A DNA stretch of 64,000 nucleotides, taken from the human T2T-CHM13v2.0 reference genome, Homo sapiens. Both the position numbers and the translations under genes were made by a program. The notes below the pieces were generated by a model. That model did not search any database. It had not been told where the DNA came from and saw nothing but the letters and a program-made list of their open reading frames with translations. Location: NCBI RefSeq assembly GCF_009914755.1, contig NC_060928.1; one strand, given 5' to 3'. Shown piece by piece: positions 43,060 through 58,720 of this stretch. Numbering within the stretch: position 1 is the first letter of the stretch; every line of letters begins with the position of its first letter.

Positions 43060-43975
43060 CCAACAGAGCCCTCTCAAAAGTCACCAATAACTTTTCAAAT
43101 TCAATAACCTTTCTCTTTTTTCAGTCTCCATGTCCAGATGTCATAGCAGAATTTGGGACTTCTCCTCCTTTTGGTTTCTGTGACACCAAATGATCCTGGT
43201 TCTCATGCACTCTGTGACATTGGTGTGCCTGTTCTCCAAGGTTTTGTGCCACTGTCTTCTCTATCTACTCTCTCATCCATTGCAGCTGGGGCTCCATCAC
43301 CATTACCGGACTGAGTCCTGCATCTAAAGAGTCCGCTGAGCCCCATACAAGAGGCCAGCCTGCATTTCTAATTGTCTTCTATGTGAACAGAACCTTCAGA
43401 CTCTGCAAATTCAACATTTTGAAACAGAATGCACGTTCCCTTCAGATGAAGTACAGCATATTCCTTGTCTCTCAGGTTCTGATTTCATTTAAAAGTTTAC
43501 TCCCTTTCTCTCTTGTCTATTCTGCGATATATCTTGCACTCATTCTTCCTTCTGATTCCACTTACTCCGTCTCAATTTAGGTCAATTTCATTCACCTGGA
43601 CAACTATAAAGTTCTAAGTGAACTAGTTTCTAGTCTTTCCCCTCTCCAATGCATTAAACATACTGCTCTTATGTTAAGTAAGCTTCCTTAAGGACATATC
43701 TGGTTATTTATTTCCATTGCACAAAAAGCCATCAAGGGATAGAATGCAAAAACTTTTGTCTAGCATTCAGTGTTCCCTGCAATATCTACCATATCTACCA
43801 CCTTTCCAACCTATTTCCTTCTCCTCCCTTTGGGGATTTGGCATCTCAGCACAACTGACATACTAAATCTTTGTGCATACTCCAAGTGAAGATGTTATCT
43901 TTACACTGCTAGCACCAAGAATACTGCCTAGCCCATAAAAGTGCTCAATAAATATTTGTTAAAAGAATAAATGAT
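43060..43975. mobile_element. Degraded L2 fragments
   Basis: ttctgtgacacc..tcctggttct, tgcctagcccataaaagtgctcaataaatatttgtt. Confidence 0.55.
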
Positions 43976-46900
43976 AGCCTATACGAATCTTTTACCCTGA
44001 AAATAACATCCAGTATATTTTATAAGGATGAGGTAGAAGTTACTATAAAGTTTACTAAATCCAAAGAGTACAACCAGCCAAAGGAGGAATGGGAGTGGAG
44101 GCTACTAAGGAAGCCCCAGGAGGACACTTCCCCTGAAAGATTATTAGCTCTGTTGGAAAGCACATGACTTTTAAGACATAAAGTAAGAGGGCAAATAGCA
44201 ACTTGCCAAAGAAGCTCCCAGTACTACACATTTTTTTAGAAGAAATTCAGTTCCTGCTGTTCTTTATTTACTTAAAAATGAGTGTCACCTATCAGAGTCA
44301 TTTGTCAAGGGCTGAACAGTTGCAGCATAACAAATTTGAACCTTTCACTATGAATAATGCACAATTAACACACTGGCCAAAGGATGCTGAGTGTTTAGCT
44401 CAAAAACATTCTGGTACCAACAAAGAAAAGGAATCTTACTTGGTAAATTAAAACATATGTTGCATGTTTTACTCTCAACATCCATAAATTGAAGGAAGAG
44501 ATGCCAATTTGTCTAGTAATGATGATGAAGTTGGAAGAACAGTGGGGAAAATCCTCCCCTAAAGGATTATTTTCCAGATAATTTATCATCTTCTATTTTT
44601 GCTTTGAGATATGTTTTGTGACGAGATCTTTATAGTCGGATTTGAACCATATGACATTTAAAATATTCAAAAATAAATAGAAAAGCTCTGTAGTCTATTC
44701 TCTAATCAGCCTTCCTGATTCTGTCATTATAATAAGTAAGTAGGACTCTTAATGCATCTAAATAAGCAATCAGTGTTATGCCCTGTTTTATGCTTGACTG
44801 CTGGGAATTGCTCTTTGACTATTAATAACTATCCATCACCCACGCCTGGCTATTCAATTAAAACTCTGGCTAAGTCTTCTTGGAAGAGTCTGTTTCTACT
44901 CAGAGGGGCCTAGGAAAGCTGTTCTGCAATGCAGCGGGCTCCCCTTACACACCTTTACAGGAGTTAGTTGAATATCACATGCTAGTGCCCACAGCATTAT
45001 CAAAATACCGCAAATAAGTTCATTGATAGGACTGCTGACATGGAGTGCTGTCTCTTTCCAAAGTGGCCCAGTGGAAGTTGAGGGAGACAAGAAAAGGGTC
45101 AACAGACAGTGAACAATGGGACACTTGCTGTCACCTAGTCTGTGTGGGATCCCTCCTACTCAGAATGCAAGTATGAGTACAAAGGGATGAATACGGACCT
45201 GCCTATCAACCACCCAGTGTGTGGGCAAAATGACAAAATGTTCCAAGAAGATAGGAGAGAAGCAACATTCAAGTAATCCAAGAGCCATGGCTGGACCCCA
45301 GCCCTCAACAATGTGACTGTTAGCATCCATGCTGTGGCATTACTGTTTCTTTTAGCGTGAAAAAAAAAAAATCAAAACCAAAAAACTCTCTTTGAGGGAA
45401 GCAGCACGTACAAGAAACCTTAAGATTGCATGAAACTTTTTGACTGAACAAAGCAATAAAGGGGTCTGCACCTAAAACACAGAAATTTAACTGCACCACC
45501 CACCCCGCCTGCGCCACACCTAGATGACAGCAGACATGGAAATGCCATGGCCTAACTCATGCCTTGAAATCCAGATGCCTTCTCTGAAGTGATCCATGGA
45601 CCACTCTTGCCTGAAAATAGAAGTGCCCTTTCTAAACTTACATGCACACATCAAGAAATATATTGATGACCCTTGCTTCATATCCAGTGGTCCTCTACTC
45701 TATTGAACCACACTTCAGGTTTATTAGAAACATTTAATATACTACTGACTGATCTGTTTACTATACACTGTGAAAGTCATATTACTTTTACTTTGCTTCC
45801 TTTATTTTAATAAGCTCTGTTATTAAATATAGACATTCAAATACTTACATTAGGAAATATATTCTTCAAAAATTTATTGCTTTTTGCATACAAAATCTCA
45901 CCTGTATTTTTCCTTGAATAATTAGAATTCCCATAATAGTTAGAAATTGGGTCAAATAGCTGCAGTGGACTGAGATATACACTGTTCTGTGATTATTATT
46001 TAAACCTCATTCTATATACTATTCATATCATTATATTTTAGAAACAACACACAACTTGACTGGCATCCAAAAAGTTAATACAGGAGTTATTTAATACTCT
46101 GAAGCTTCTGTGGTAATGAATGGACTCTAAGTTTCCTTTTTTATTGAAAATAAATTTTTAAATATATATATTTTATATATATATTAAAACCTGAAATAAG
46201 ACTTCAAAATTAATCAACACACATAGAAAGGCATATTTTATGCTGCTCTTATTGACAGATGCTTTTTAAGTTTTAATTTTATCCATCTTGTCTAGCACTT
46301 GAGAAAGTTGATACAGTTTAGAGGCTGTGTTGAGTGTCAAAAACATCTTTAATTTCCTCAGCTTTATGAGTCTGAATCTGTGAAAAATTAGAGTAATTAT
46401 GTCTCCACAGTGAGGAGCAGGTATGGGGCATGGTTTAAGGTTCCGATGCCACCTGTGGCAAAACTGAACTGAGGCTAAATCAGTGGTTCTGAGATCTTTT
46501 GTTTTGTTTTCAAATAAGTAATTTTATTTTTAATTGTAAATTGACAATTTAGAATTGTATAAATTTATGGGGTGACATTATAATTTATGAGTAATACTGT
46601 ACTAAAATGGTTGATGTGTCTGCCTCCACCATGAATCTATAAATGTCTAGAAACAGGAACTTATCCCATTCAACTTGCACCCATGAAGCTTAACACAGTG
46701 CCTATGAAGCAGACATTCAAAACTGATGAATGAATGAATGATAACGATCAATTAGCAATATTTGTTAAGAACCGGGTAACGTTCCAGGCACTGAATTTAT
46801 AGTAGTAAGTGAGACAGTTTCTCTGCTTTCAGGGGATTTACATTCGAATAGAAGACATACTCTTCTCTGCGGGGCCACATGTAACCATTGAAGTTGGCAA

Positions 46901-47730
46901 CATGAGGTTACTGGTGATTTGGACAAGAGAATGAATGATGGGGATAGAACCCAACTGAGTAGGAGAATAAAGACAGTGATTATAGAGAACTCTTTCAAGC
47001 AGTTTCCTCTGGGAGAATTCCAGTTTTAATACTGTGGTACCCTCTTCTCTTAGAAATCAACCACGTACAGCAAAGAGAAAGAAGCAGAAAGATAAATGGC
47101 ATCTTTGCCTGACTTGTTCACTCTTTACTAAAAAACTTTTCAGAGATAAATGAAAAAGGGGCTTCACCTGCCCATGACCAGCACCTGAAGAGGAGGGCTG
47201 GACAAGCACAGTGGGACATTTGGAAAGAGTAGTTCAAGGAAATATTAAACAAAAGAAGACATGAAGTAGAAAAGCCATCACATTGTGGGAAAAAATGACA
47301 CAGAACAATCAAAATAGAGACATAACCTCATAACCTTACAGAGAAAGGACCATTTAATCATCCTGGCAAAATGATCAGGTTATTTCCAATGAAATTACAT
47401 TAATCCATTTTGGGCAGGTCAGTTCAATCTCTCATCTTTCATTCCTTTACTAGAATGCCCACCTCATAGGACATGAAGAAGGCATATAGCAGCTCCTGTA
47501 TTTAATAAATAATAGCTTCTCTTCTGCTAGGTGGAGAATTAAAAAGTGCTTGACAGTAATTTCTTATATAAAACCTGTACTCATTTTATTTACTCTGCTT
47601 TTTCCATAACACAAAGGTCAACATCATTTCAGTTCCTGTTTGAATGATTACAAATTATGAGATCAGATCTACTTGAGGCATATAGGACAGTTACATCTAT
47701 TATTTCACTTGAGTATATTTTTTAAAAATA

Positions 47731-48020
47731 TTTTTTTTTTGAGACAAGATCTTGCTCTGTCACCCTGGCTGGAGTACAATGGCATGATCTCGGCTCACTG
47801 AAACCTCTGCCTCCTGAACTCAAGTGATTCTCCCAGTTAAGCCTCCCAAATAGCTGGGACTATAGGTATGCAACACCATGCCTGGCTAATTTTTATATTT
47901 GTAGTTGAGATGGGGTTTTGCCATGCTGCCCAGATTTGTCTCGAACTCTGCATTCAAGCAATCTGCCTGACTCGGCTTCCAAAAGTGCTGGGATTACAGG
48001 TGTGAGCCACCACGCCCAGC
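47731..48020 (-). mobile_element. Old Alu SINE (AluJ/S)
   Basis: Reverse Alu dimer. Confidence 0.9.
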
Positions 48021-50332
48021 TATATTTTAGAAGTATAATTGCTACATAGGACTTTTTTTTTTTCAAAAATTCAATTAAAGTGACATAAATATGAAGTACT
48101 ATAAATTCTGCATGAAGTTTGAGTTTACCAAATTCAGTATATATAAATGTAAAACATTTCTAGTTAAGAATATAGTGCATATATAATATAAACATGTAAA
48201 ATGTAATAGAAATGAAATACATGTAATAGAAACATGTAAGATGTTTCTATTTCAGAATAAAGTTATTTCTTAAACAAAATTACTTTTTCTCTAGACAGAA
48301 TTTAAGTTTAAAGTAGTACATTTGACCTATAAAAACCACACGGAACTGATAGTTTTACATAATTCCTACTTTAGCAAACCTTTGCTAATTTATTCATGAA
48401 TGTTTAATCTGAATTTTTGTCCCTTATGATTTCCTTGTTAGTAGGTTTTCTTTATTTTTCTTCTACCTTTTGCCTTCACATAAAAATTTTTTCACTTTGG
48501 TAAATGACTTTTCATCTTAATTAAACATAGAGGAGAGTATCTGTCATCAGTCATTCTATTGCATTTATCAAAAAGTCAAGAGGCTGTTAGGAAACTATGA
48601 AAGTGCTTTCAGAATTTAAAATTAAAATATACAGTTTTAGAACTTACAGCAACTAGAACTAAACATACTGCTTGCAAGTGCTGAAATGTAGTTATGTTAT
48701 GTCTAAATGTCTTATTAAAGACAATATACTTGTAAATGAGTGCTATTTTTTAAAAAAGCAAAAACCTTCTTTACTACTTAGTTTCACCCACTTCCTTCTT
48801 GGTCAGAATGCCAACTGGAATATTATCAGTTTAAAATTCCATTTGAAAGTTTATTTTCTGAATTAACATCATTGAGAACTATAGTGAGCAGCATGATGTG
48901 ATGTAACTACTTGGGAAACAGTCTTTTGGACTCAGCATTAGTGATTGACATCTTCGAGGGATGAGTGTGTATCATCAAAGTCAAATCAAAGTTGCTAACA
49001 TTTATAGCCTGGGTTGAACAAAGGGAACATTTTCAAATGAAATGTTCTAAGGGAAGACCTTTCCTCAGGACAGCTTATATATTTATATACAGGAATAGAC
49101 ATTAAATGTCCTGGTTTCCTTCTTTTCTCCCCAACTGTGAAGGGCAAAACACAAATTTGGCAACATCTCCTGGAAGAAAAAGAATCATATAAGTGGCTGA
49201 AAAGGCAGTTCAAGGAAGCAGTTTTTGAAATGCTTCAGAATAAAGTCTAGTCAACAGACTGACATCCAAAGCCTTCAATACTCTGACTACAACCTTCATT
49301 TCTAACTTGTTTGCTTTGATTCTCCTTCTGTAACTCCCTAACTACAGTTAGACTGGTCTCTCCCTACACCTCCAAAAGGTGTTTGCTTTTTCTCTCTGTG
49401 TTTGTGCTCACGAATACCCTCTTCTCCCCTTTTTGTCTCTCTAAGTCCCATTACTATTTCAGATGCAACTCAAACTCATTTTACCAAGTCTTTCTCAGTC
49501 CAAAGTATTTCCTTTACGCTCAAAACCACGACAACAATTGTCTATACAATTTAATTCTCAATTATCATGCATTTCTTTCTGAGATGTCCTATGTTGTTGT
49601 TTAAACCGTTATTTTCATCCAAATCGTCTCTGTGTGTGTGTGTGTCTGTCTATCTAGCCTATACTTTTATACAAACCCACAACACCTAACACATAGTTCA
49701 CCATGCACAGCAATAGAGTTCTCAAGAGCATATATCACTTCCTGAGAGTTCTTTTAGAAGTCAGCTAAAGCATTTCCAAGACAGTTCTTCCCTTTCTGCT
49801 TACTAGTAAAATAGTGGCTCAGATATCTGACTAATAAATCTTTAGGTGGAAAAAAAAAAAAAAGCCCTGTACAATACTGTAATCCTTAACACCAGACTCA
49901 GAGGGAATCCATTTTAATCTGAAATAGGGCAGGACACATCACCACTTATTTTGAAGGGTCTGGCTGCTCTGCATAAACACACAAGCGCAGGAGTGAGTTT
50001 TCCAAGATTCATTGAGATGTGAGCCAGCGCTGTATGCCTCAGATTAGCAGCAAGACCAAAGCCGAGAGACGCAGACTCTTAAAACATTTATGACATGTTG
50101 GTCAGGAGCAATGGATGACAGCCCAAGGAAACAGTAACGTGATACTGAGCTTTTCACCTTGAGGTGACTGGTTAAAACTCAGCTTGGGATCATGAGAAAT
50201 TTGTAGCACCCTAATGCAATAAAGAAAGCTATCTGCGACCCAGGGAAAGTGACCGTAAGACAAGGGCCACTACCACAAGTCCACGGGGAGATCTGAGACA
50301 GAGGCACAAAGCCTAAAAAGAAGTTAAGTAAT

Positions 50333-50596
50333 CTGTAATCTCAGCACTTTGGGAGGCTGAGGTCAAAGGATTGCTTAAGGCCAGGAATTCAAGACCAGCC
50401 TGGGCAATATAGCAATACTCTGTCTCTACAAAAGTTCTTTTTAAAAAATTAGCTGGGTGTGGTGGTGCGCAGTCTCAGGTAGTCCCAGCTACCTGGGAGG
50501 CTGAGGTGAGAGGATTGCTTGAGCCCAGGAGTCTGAGGCTGGCTGCAGTAAGCTATGGTCATGCCACTGCATTCCCGCCTGGGTGACAGAGCGAGA
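50333..50596 (+). mobile_element. AluJ-like SINE, 5'-truncated, without A tail
   Basis: ctgtaatctcagcactttggg...gggtgacagagcgaga. Confidence 0.9.
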
Positions 50597-51441
50597 TGCA
50601 CACATGCGTGCACACACCACGCCACCCACATCACACACAGCCATCACTTTCCGCAAAGAATAAACTTCCTCTGGGGCAACGCTCAAGGTCCACTCCCTCA
50701 CCTTCTTACTCTCTTAGAAGTTATCTTGAATTCTAAGGTACTTGTACTAAATTATGGATTTGACAAAACTGCTTAAACTTGTCATTCTTACTGTCAATTT
50801 AGAAAAGTGATTTTGGTAACTGTGAAGGCAAGTGACAATGTCTACAAGACATTGTCCAGTGCTCCCTATATGCATACTTACCTTACTTTCTAAGATTTCT
50901 TAGAGTTTGCTATAATGGAGTGAAAAAGAGCATGCAACTTGGCATGAGAAGATCCAGCTTGAGTCTTGGACCTCAAGTAACTCACTCAATCTGTGTGAAC
51001 CTCAGTCTCCTTTCCTATAGAATTGGGGTAAAAATAACCTATATTCATAGGAGATTGTGAAGATTGAAGGTTAAATGTACTATTGCCAGAAAAAAAAAAT
51101 TTACCTCTGCCAACTGTTTTACAAAATCAAGTAAAATTACAGTCACTTTTTTTTTTATCCTCACTGGGAAAGGTTATACTGAACACTGGCCAGATTTCCT
51201 ACTCCAGGCCAGAACAAAACAAGAAGTCTTAAACCCGGAGATCTTCCAAGCACATGTGCAGTTCAAATGATAAAAGGGAACTATCAGACATGACTTTAAT
51301 AAGGCTTTGGAAAATACCAACTAAAACTAAAAATCACATTATCTTTGCCCCCCTATTTAGTCTAAGATGAAGTTCCTAACCCTTTTGTAGATTGCAACTA
51401 AAAATCATTTGACGTCTCAATTAATTTAATCCTTCCTCTTA

Positions 51442-51772
<331 letters not shown>

Positions 51773-54375
51773 GATACACACAGCCAAAATGTGGGTTTTA
51801 AAGTAAAATACTGTAGTTCAAGGACTCAGAAAAATTTTCAGAACTAATGGCAATCCTGTAAAATAATATATGAGGCCAAACATGAAATTAACATTTTTAA
51901 AAGCATGTTTTACACTAATTCTTAATGCAATTTGGATGACAACATTTTGTTACCTTCAAATTTATCATCAAAAGCCTTTTCCTTTTTCTAAATTTATAGC
52001 AACTTAGTATTTCTCACTGCAAAAAAAAAAAGTTTTTAACCATTTAGAACTTTAGTTGGAAAATATCCATACCAAATCAAAGACATTGTAATGTCACAGG
52101 CCCTGTTTATTAATATTATATGACTAGTCAAATACAGCACAGTATCTAAAAAACAATAGAGCTTCAATAAATATGTACTGAATGAAGGAAACAATAAATG
52201 AATGAGTGAATAAATGATAAGTTTGTCTTCCAAGATTTTGTAAAACCTTTCTACATATATGAAATATCCTTCTAGTGAAAGAGAGTTGGTTCTTCCTTTC
52301 TCCATTGTCAGTTGCATAAAAATACAAAAGGAAACCCATCCAAACCACAGGCACATGATGGATAAAAGATAGTATTTAGGCTTGACTAGTCAAACAAATA
52401 TTCATTCAGATCCTGCCAGAAGAACTAAGGTTTCACAAGGCAAACCCTTGAATTTAATTTTCCTCCTTTCCATTACATTTGCTTGGCAGACACTTAGCCC
52501 CATCAGAAGAGAATCATTAAATATATCACTGTAATCTTCTTGAACATTCAAGTTCACTGTGTACCGTAATACTTTTTAACTTTCCTTTCTTTAAAAAAAA
52601 ATTAAAAATGATTCCTCAAAGAGAATGTGTGGTTTTATATTTGCTAACTTAGGAATCGTCTACCCCCTTCTTGTAACTACAACTTTCTTTCGGACTTAGC
52701 TTAATTCACATTCATACCTAGTCCTTGACATAAGGTTCTCATGTTTGGTAGCCGACTATCAACTTAATCAAATCATTTAAATCACACAGCATTAAGATAC
52801 TACATTTTGGCAATACACTTCATTCCACATGTCTGAAAACTTTAGAATTTCAGACAATCAGTGGAAATGTAGACTGTTGATGATTAGTTTGCAAATGTTC
52901 TCCCCAAAAGTCAAAATAAGTCTATCTTTAAGTCATCTGATGAGTTACAAAGACTGTATTTGAAAACAGATTCTTCCAAAACTACAAAAAGTAAAGCAAA
53001 GCCTTCTAATGATTAGACAAGAACAAATCAGCTTAAATATATACTAATCATGCATTTGAATAATTGGTCTACATTTCTCCCTTCTCTAATTGTTACAACT
53101 TTTCAAAGAATACAATTCACTTTATTCTACTCCCATATAACCAACCACCATTAGTTGCTAATGTAGTAAAACATCATCCTAAATAAACTGTGTTCACTGT
53201 GAATAACGTTGCAATACACTGAAAAGTTCAAGCACATGTAACAAAATGAGTTACTTCAATATTCAAAGTAATGAGTTAAAGTTTCAGAAATCCCTCAAAT
53301 GCTAACACTTTCAATGAAAGTAAATTGACATATTATCTTGTTACCAACTAATAAATGATTCTAGGATGCAGTAACAATTCATTCCACTTTGTCTGTCAGA
53401 ACACCAAAGACACTCAGCTTTTAAGGACTGAGCTTTCTTTAGAACAAAGTAGATGATAAATGTAATTCTCTTATCAAAATATACTGGTGTTTTTTTAAAA
53501 CCTAGGAATAGTAAAAACTTTGGGAAACTCATTCCATTATTTTTCACTGGAAGAGGGCATAATGATGCAGAACCAAAGTGCCAGAAATGAATAGGGACTG
53601 TGGTTCTCTTTTGACTTATGTGCTTAAGTGCACACTACTGGTGTGCAGCCCACATGCAGCCAGTATGTCAGGGTCCAAAGGCTTCATACCAAGAGATCAC
53701 GCAGAGACAATGCATGCACAACTCATTTGTCCCCTGGGAAAGCTAAAGTAAACCTTCTGCAACCAGCTCTGAAAATCAGCTGCCCGTCTGAAAAGCCTTT
53801 GAAGAATTATTTTCAATAACATAGTAGTAAAATAAAGAATAATGGAGTAGCAGACACGGGTATTTGTAAAACAAGGCCTAGCTGGACTAACAAAGTGATC
53901 TTCTTACTTACTAGAGGCACTTATATGGAAAAGTGAGAGAGGGGATCAGCTGTCATATGATCCCTGGCAACCCCTAAAGGGCATGTCCACAGCACAAAAT
54001 TAATCACATAAGAGTAGCAAGAGAAATTGTTTACCAAGAGTAGAAATTTGGTCTTTGCACACTCAACGACTGGAATTTGTGCACAAGTTGAAGATGAATT
54101 CACTAACTGAGTGAAGGGTTAGGAAACTGAAGTGGAGCGAACGTGTCTGGAATTGGAATGACGGGTTAGACAGCTATAGAACAATGGGTTGGCGACATGA
54201 GAGCCAAATGAATGTTGTCATTATCACTTAACCATTTAATGCATGTTTTCTTCATGCATAGCAAAATAATGTATTGCCTGTAAACAAACTTTGCCCTATT
54301 ATCATTTTTTCAGCAGACAATAAAACTTTACTTCTACAGTTCACTACTAAGAGACTTCCTTTAGTAATATGATTA

Positions 54376-54758
54376 CTGTCATGCACCACATAATGACACT
54401 TTGGTCAATGACAGACTGCATTTATGATGTTGGTCCCATATGATTATAATGGAGCTGAAAAATTCTTATTGCTTAGTGATGTAGCCTTTGTAATGTCACA
54501 GAACAACAAATTAGCTTTTCTATGTTTAGATACACAAATACCTACCACTGTGTTACAATTGCCTAGAATATTGAGTATAGTAACATGCTGTACAGGTTGG
54601 TACCCTAGGAGCAACAGGCTATACCACATAGCCTAGGTGTACAGTAGGCTATACCACTAGGTTTGTGTAAATCCACTCTGTCATGTCCACACAATGACAA
54701 AATTGCCTAATGATGTGTTTCTCAGAACATATCCCCATCATTAAGTGACTCATAATTG
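54376..54758 (+). mobile_element. MER47A-like (Tigger family) DNA transposon
   Basis: TA-ctgtcatgcaccacataatgacac ... ttaagtgactcataattg-TA. Confidence 0.75.
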
Positions 54759-54958
54759 TATTATTATTAAAAGTTATATAGATTTAAAATGCCACTTGTC
54801 AAAGTGTTAGCTTAATAGAAACTTTTCATAAGTTCAATTTCTATTTTTAATTTTGTATAATAAATCAACCAAAAAACAGGCCTGTCATAGAACGGCACTC
54901 AGCTGCAGTTCCTGACAAATAGCTATTTCCCCTCCCTGATTATGGGACCAGTTGCTGA

Positions 54959-55400
54959 TGTCAAAAGACAATACTATGACAAATTTAGTTATAGATTTAA
55001 TTGGCTTTAATTCATGATTCATTAATCGGGGCATCCTCCATTATACAAAATAGAATGAGAGCTCCCACTGGGCAACCGTAATAGCAGGTTGTATAAGGTA
55101 GGAACAAGGAAACAGAACAATAGGAAAAAAGTTGACTAGTTAACCTCAAGTTACTTCAGGTTACTTTCTCTGTAAGGGTTAAAAGCAGAAGGAACTTCGT
55201 GTTATGCTGGCTCAAGTAGACTGAAATCCCCTGTTTGCAGGAAAAACTGGCCTGTTTAGTATCTATCTGCTTCTTTAATGTTTCAGTTTGATTATGTGGC
55301 ATTTAGCACGACTGACTCCGTTTTGGTTTGGTCTGGTCTGTTTGTGCCTAGTGCAAGAGCTCAGTTCAAAACAATGGCCTCTCATAATTTTTGTTTAACA
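54959..55400 (-). mobile_element. Solo ERV LTR (MER31-like)
   Basis: The minus strand starts tgttaaacaaaaattatgagaggccattgttttgaactgagctc and ends ttttgaca (TG...CA). Flanks ctga / ctta. Confidence 0.7.
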
Positions 55401-55404
55401 CTTA

Positions 55405-55753
<349 letters not shown>

Positions 55754-55771
55754 TTATGTTATCTTAGGTAA

Positions 55772-56078
<307 letters not shown>

Positions 56079-56984
56079 CAAATTTCATTTTTTAAGATGC
56101 AAATTAAAACCATTTAAAATGATGGAGCAATGACATTCTCTAGGGATAGATGGTGTATCAATTTCATAAAGGCCTCTGCTTCAGGAAACTATTGTTATTA
56201 TTCTGTAAATGCACATTACATGAATACTTTTTTGTTGCTCCAGACAACACTTTTACTACCCTTCATCAATATCATCTACTTTCTCAGTTTAGAGTATGCT
56301 ACTTTTCTTTAGGCAGACACAGAAGTGCTAAATTGCTTAAGCTGATACGCAGTTTCTAAGACCCATACTGTCTTGTGGAAGTGTCTGTGGGCCAAGGGAA
56401 GGCCCTGGATAATCGGACATGTAAGTGATGGTTACTTAGAGGTGTTCTGAAATATAGGAAACTGGGAACCCAAGAATCCTCACCTCTGGACAAGTGGCTG
56501 TTTCTCTTCATGATACCAGCACCTGCTTTAATCAAGGAGACCCATAATCCATGTAGATGTAAGACTTTGGATAAGATAAAGCAAGTGCTCATATGAGAGT
56601 AAATATCTGCCTGTGTTGTAGATGCAGTTTAAGTATATATAATTCAATTATGATCAATATTATGCATCATTTTCACTCTCTGGATGATAATTAAATCTTC
56701 TTATGCTCAGAAAGCAAAACAAAACAAAATTTTCATCTTAGATCATTGAAGCCTTCATCAATCTTCTTTATTCACATTAGTATTCTTTACTCAGTTTAAC
56801 CAGTTGTACTGTCTGGGTCAAATAATTTTACCTGATAGCAAGAATATAATTCATCAAGAAGATAAAGAACAAAATGACCCCTATTCCCCAATCTACTTTA
56901 AGCACAGGATGTTTAGTCTATAACCAATGTTAACTGCAAACTTTGAAAGATTAGACAACAGAGTGAAATAAAGTAGCAGTTACA

Positions 56985-57200
56985 TTAGGTTGTAATTAAA
57001 AGCATGGATTTTGAAATCAGACTGCCTTGGTTCACTTCTGGCTCCAGTACTTAGCAGTTCTGTGAGCTTGGATATCAATCTGTGAAAGCTCAGTCTCCTT
57101 ATCTACAAAATAGCTACTTCACAGGAGGTTATCCATGTAAAGCATTCAGGGCATGTAGGGCACACAGCAAATACACAATGAAGGTTAGCTCTACTATTAT
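56985..57200 (+). mobile_element. MIR SINE
   Basis: agcatggattttgaaatcagactgccttggttc...ctcagtctccttatct. Confidence 0.7.
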
Positions 57201-57689
57201 TTTACACTATTTTCTAATGATCTAAATATTGTTAATAAGATGCTTTCCTTTAAGAAGTTCTGTGTATGGTGGGAAAAATTAGCAAAATCAAAACCATAAA
57301 CCTGAACCTTTTGTAGAATTTTGTAAGCAGATAATCAGAAGAATGATTGCCTTGCTTGGGAAAAGGTAGATGTAACAACAAATAAGAAATGAGAAATCTA
57401 CACCAACATAAAAGTTTTGTTAAACTGACTTGGAAAAGCCAGCATTGCACAGATTTCCAACTGAAATATTTGCATATCTAGACAAGAGGCAGTATATTTT
57501 AATGATATATAACTTTTCTGATATAAAAGAAAAGGTATAGCAAACCATTCTTACCAAAGGTTCTGTTTAACTTCCATGAAAGTGATCCTTTGCCTATATT
57601 ACAAATGAAATATTTATATGTTAACATCAAAAATAAATAGAAAAAAATAGAATTATGGAACTTGTAGAACCAATAATTGAATATTAGAC

Positions 57690-58720
57690 ATAAAACAAGG
57701 TGGGAAGTCTTTTAAAAATAGGTTCTCCCAAAGTTATAAAAAAAAAAAGAAAAATAAATAATACATTTGAATACATGAAAGTCAAGTCTTTTACATATCC
57801 CAAAACACCATAAATTAGTCTGAAAGGTAAATAACTAGGAGAAAAAATAAATATATATGTATAACTAATGTATAAAAAATTCTGATGAAAACATGAGGGC
57901 AAAAATAGTTAATGTGAAAGAAAAAACCCAAAACACAGAAACACACGAAAAAGGCCAATAGACATATTTTAAAACTATTTGAACTGCTAATATTTGGACA
58001 GCCATCTTTCAATCAAATTAAAACAGCAGAGATATGATTTTTTTCACCTCCAAATTGGCAGATAAAAAATAATAGCATCATGTGTGGGGACAGCATGTGG
58101 GAAATCTCTGCCCTCCTCTCAATCCTTCTGTAAGCCCAAAATACTCTAAAAATATTAAGACTATTGAAAAGAATGATAAATTCACAAGAAATCGGGCACA
58201 TCCATACACTGCTGTAGGAGTGGAAATGGTGCAATTTTTCTGAAGGTCAGTTTAGTAACTTAAGCTTATTATTTGGTACACTACTTCTAGTAATTTAACT
58301 TAAGGAAATAATCATGGAGGCACTCAAGGGTTTGTTCACTGTAAAACATGCAGTCATTTTCAGCAACGAAGAATCATTAAGTAAATTATCAAAGGATGGT
58401 AGCCCTCATTAAAAATCATAAAAGTGGAATGTCAATTAGATATGAAAAACATTTTCAAAATACTTTTAAATAAAATCAAAACCAATGACAAAAAGTACAA
58501 AAACTAGATAAAATATAAGCCCATTTTTGTGAGAAAAAAAAAAAAAGACTGGAAACATACACCCATGAGTTAATAGTAGGTAGGTCTCACGCTGTCTGTG
58601 GGTGACTGAAATAAGGAGAATTCATTTTCATGCTGTCTGTGGGTGATTGAAATAAGGAGAATTCATTTTTTCATTTACTTGTTTGTTAATCTTATTCATA
58701 TTATCTAAATTTTTGGCCAC
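57690..58720 (+). mobile_element. Degraded L1M fragments
   Basis: aaaaggccaatagacatat, tcaaattaaaacagcagagatatgatttttttcacc, acactgctgtaggagtggaaatggtgcaa. Confidence 0.55.
58587..58668. repeat. 41-bp tandem duplication
   Basis: tca(c/t)gctgtctgtgggtga(c/t)tgaaataaggagaattcattt twice, 39/41 identical. Confidence 0.9.
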
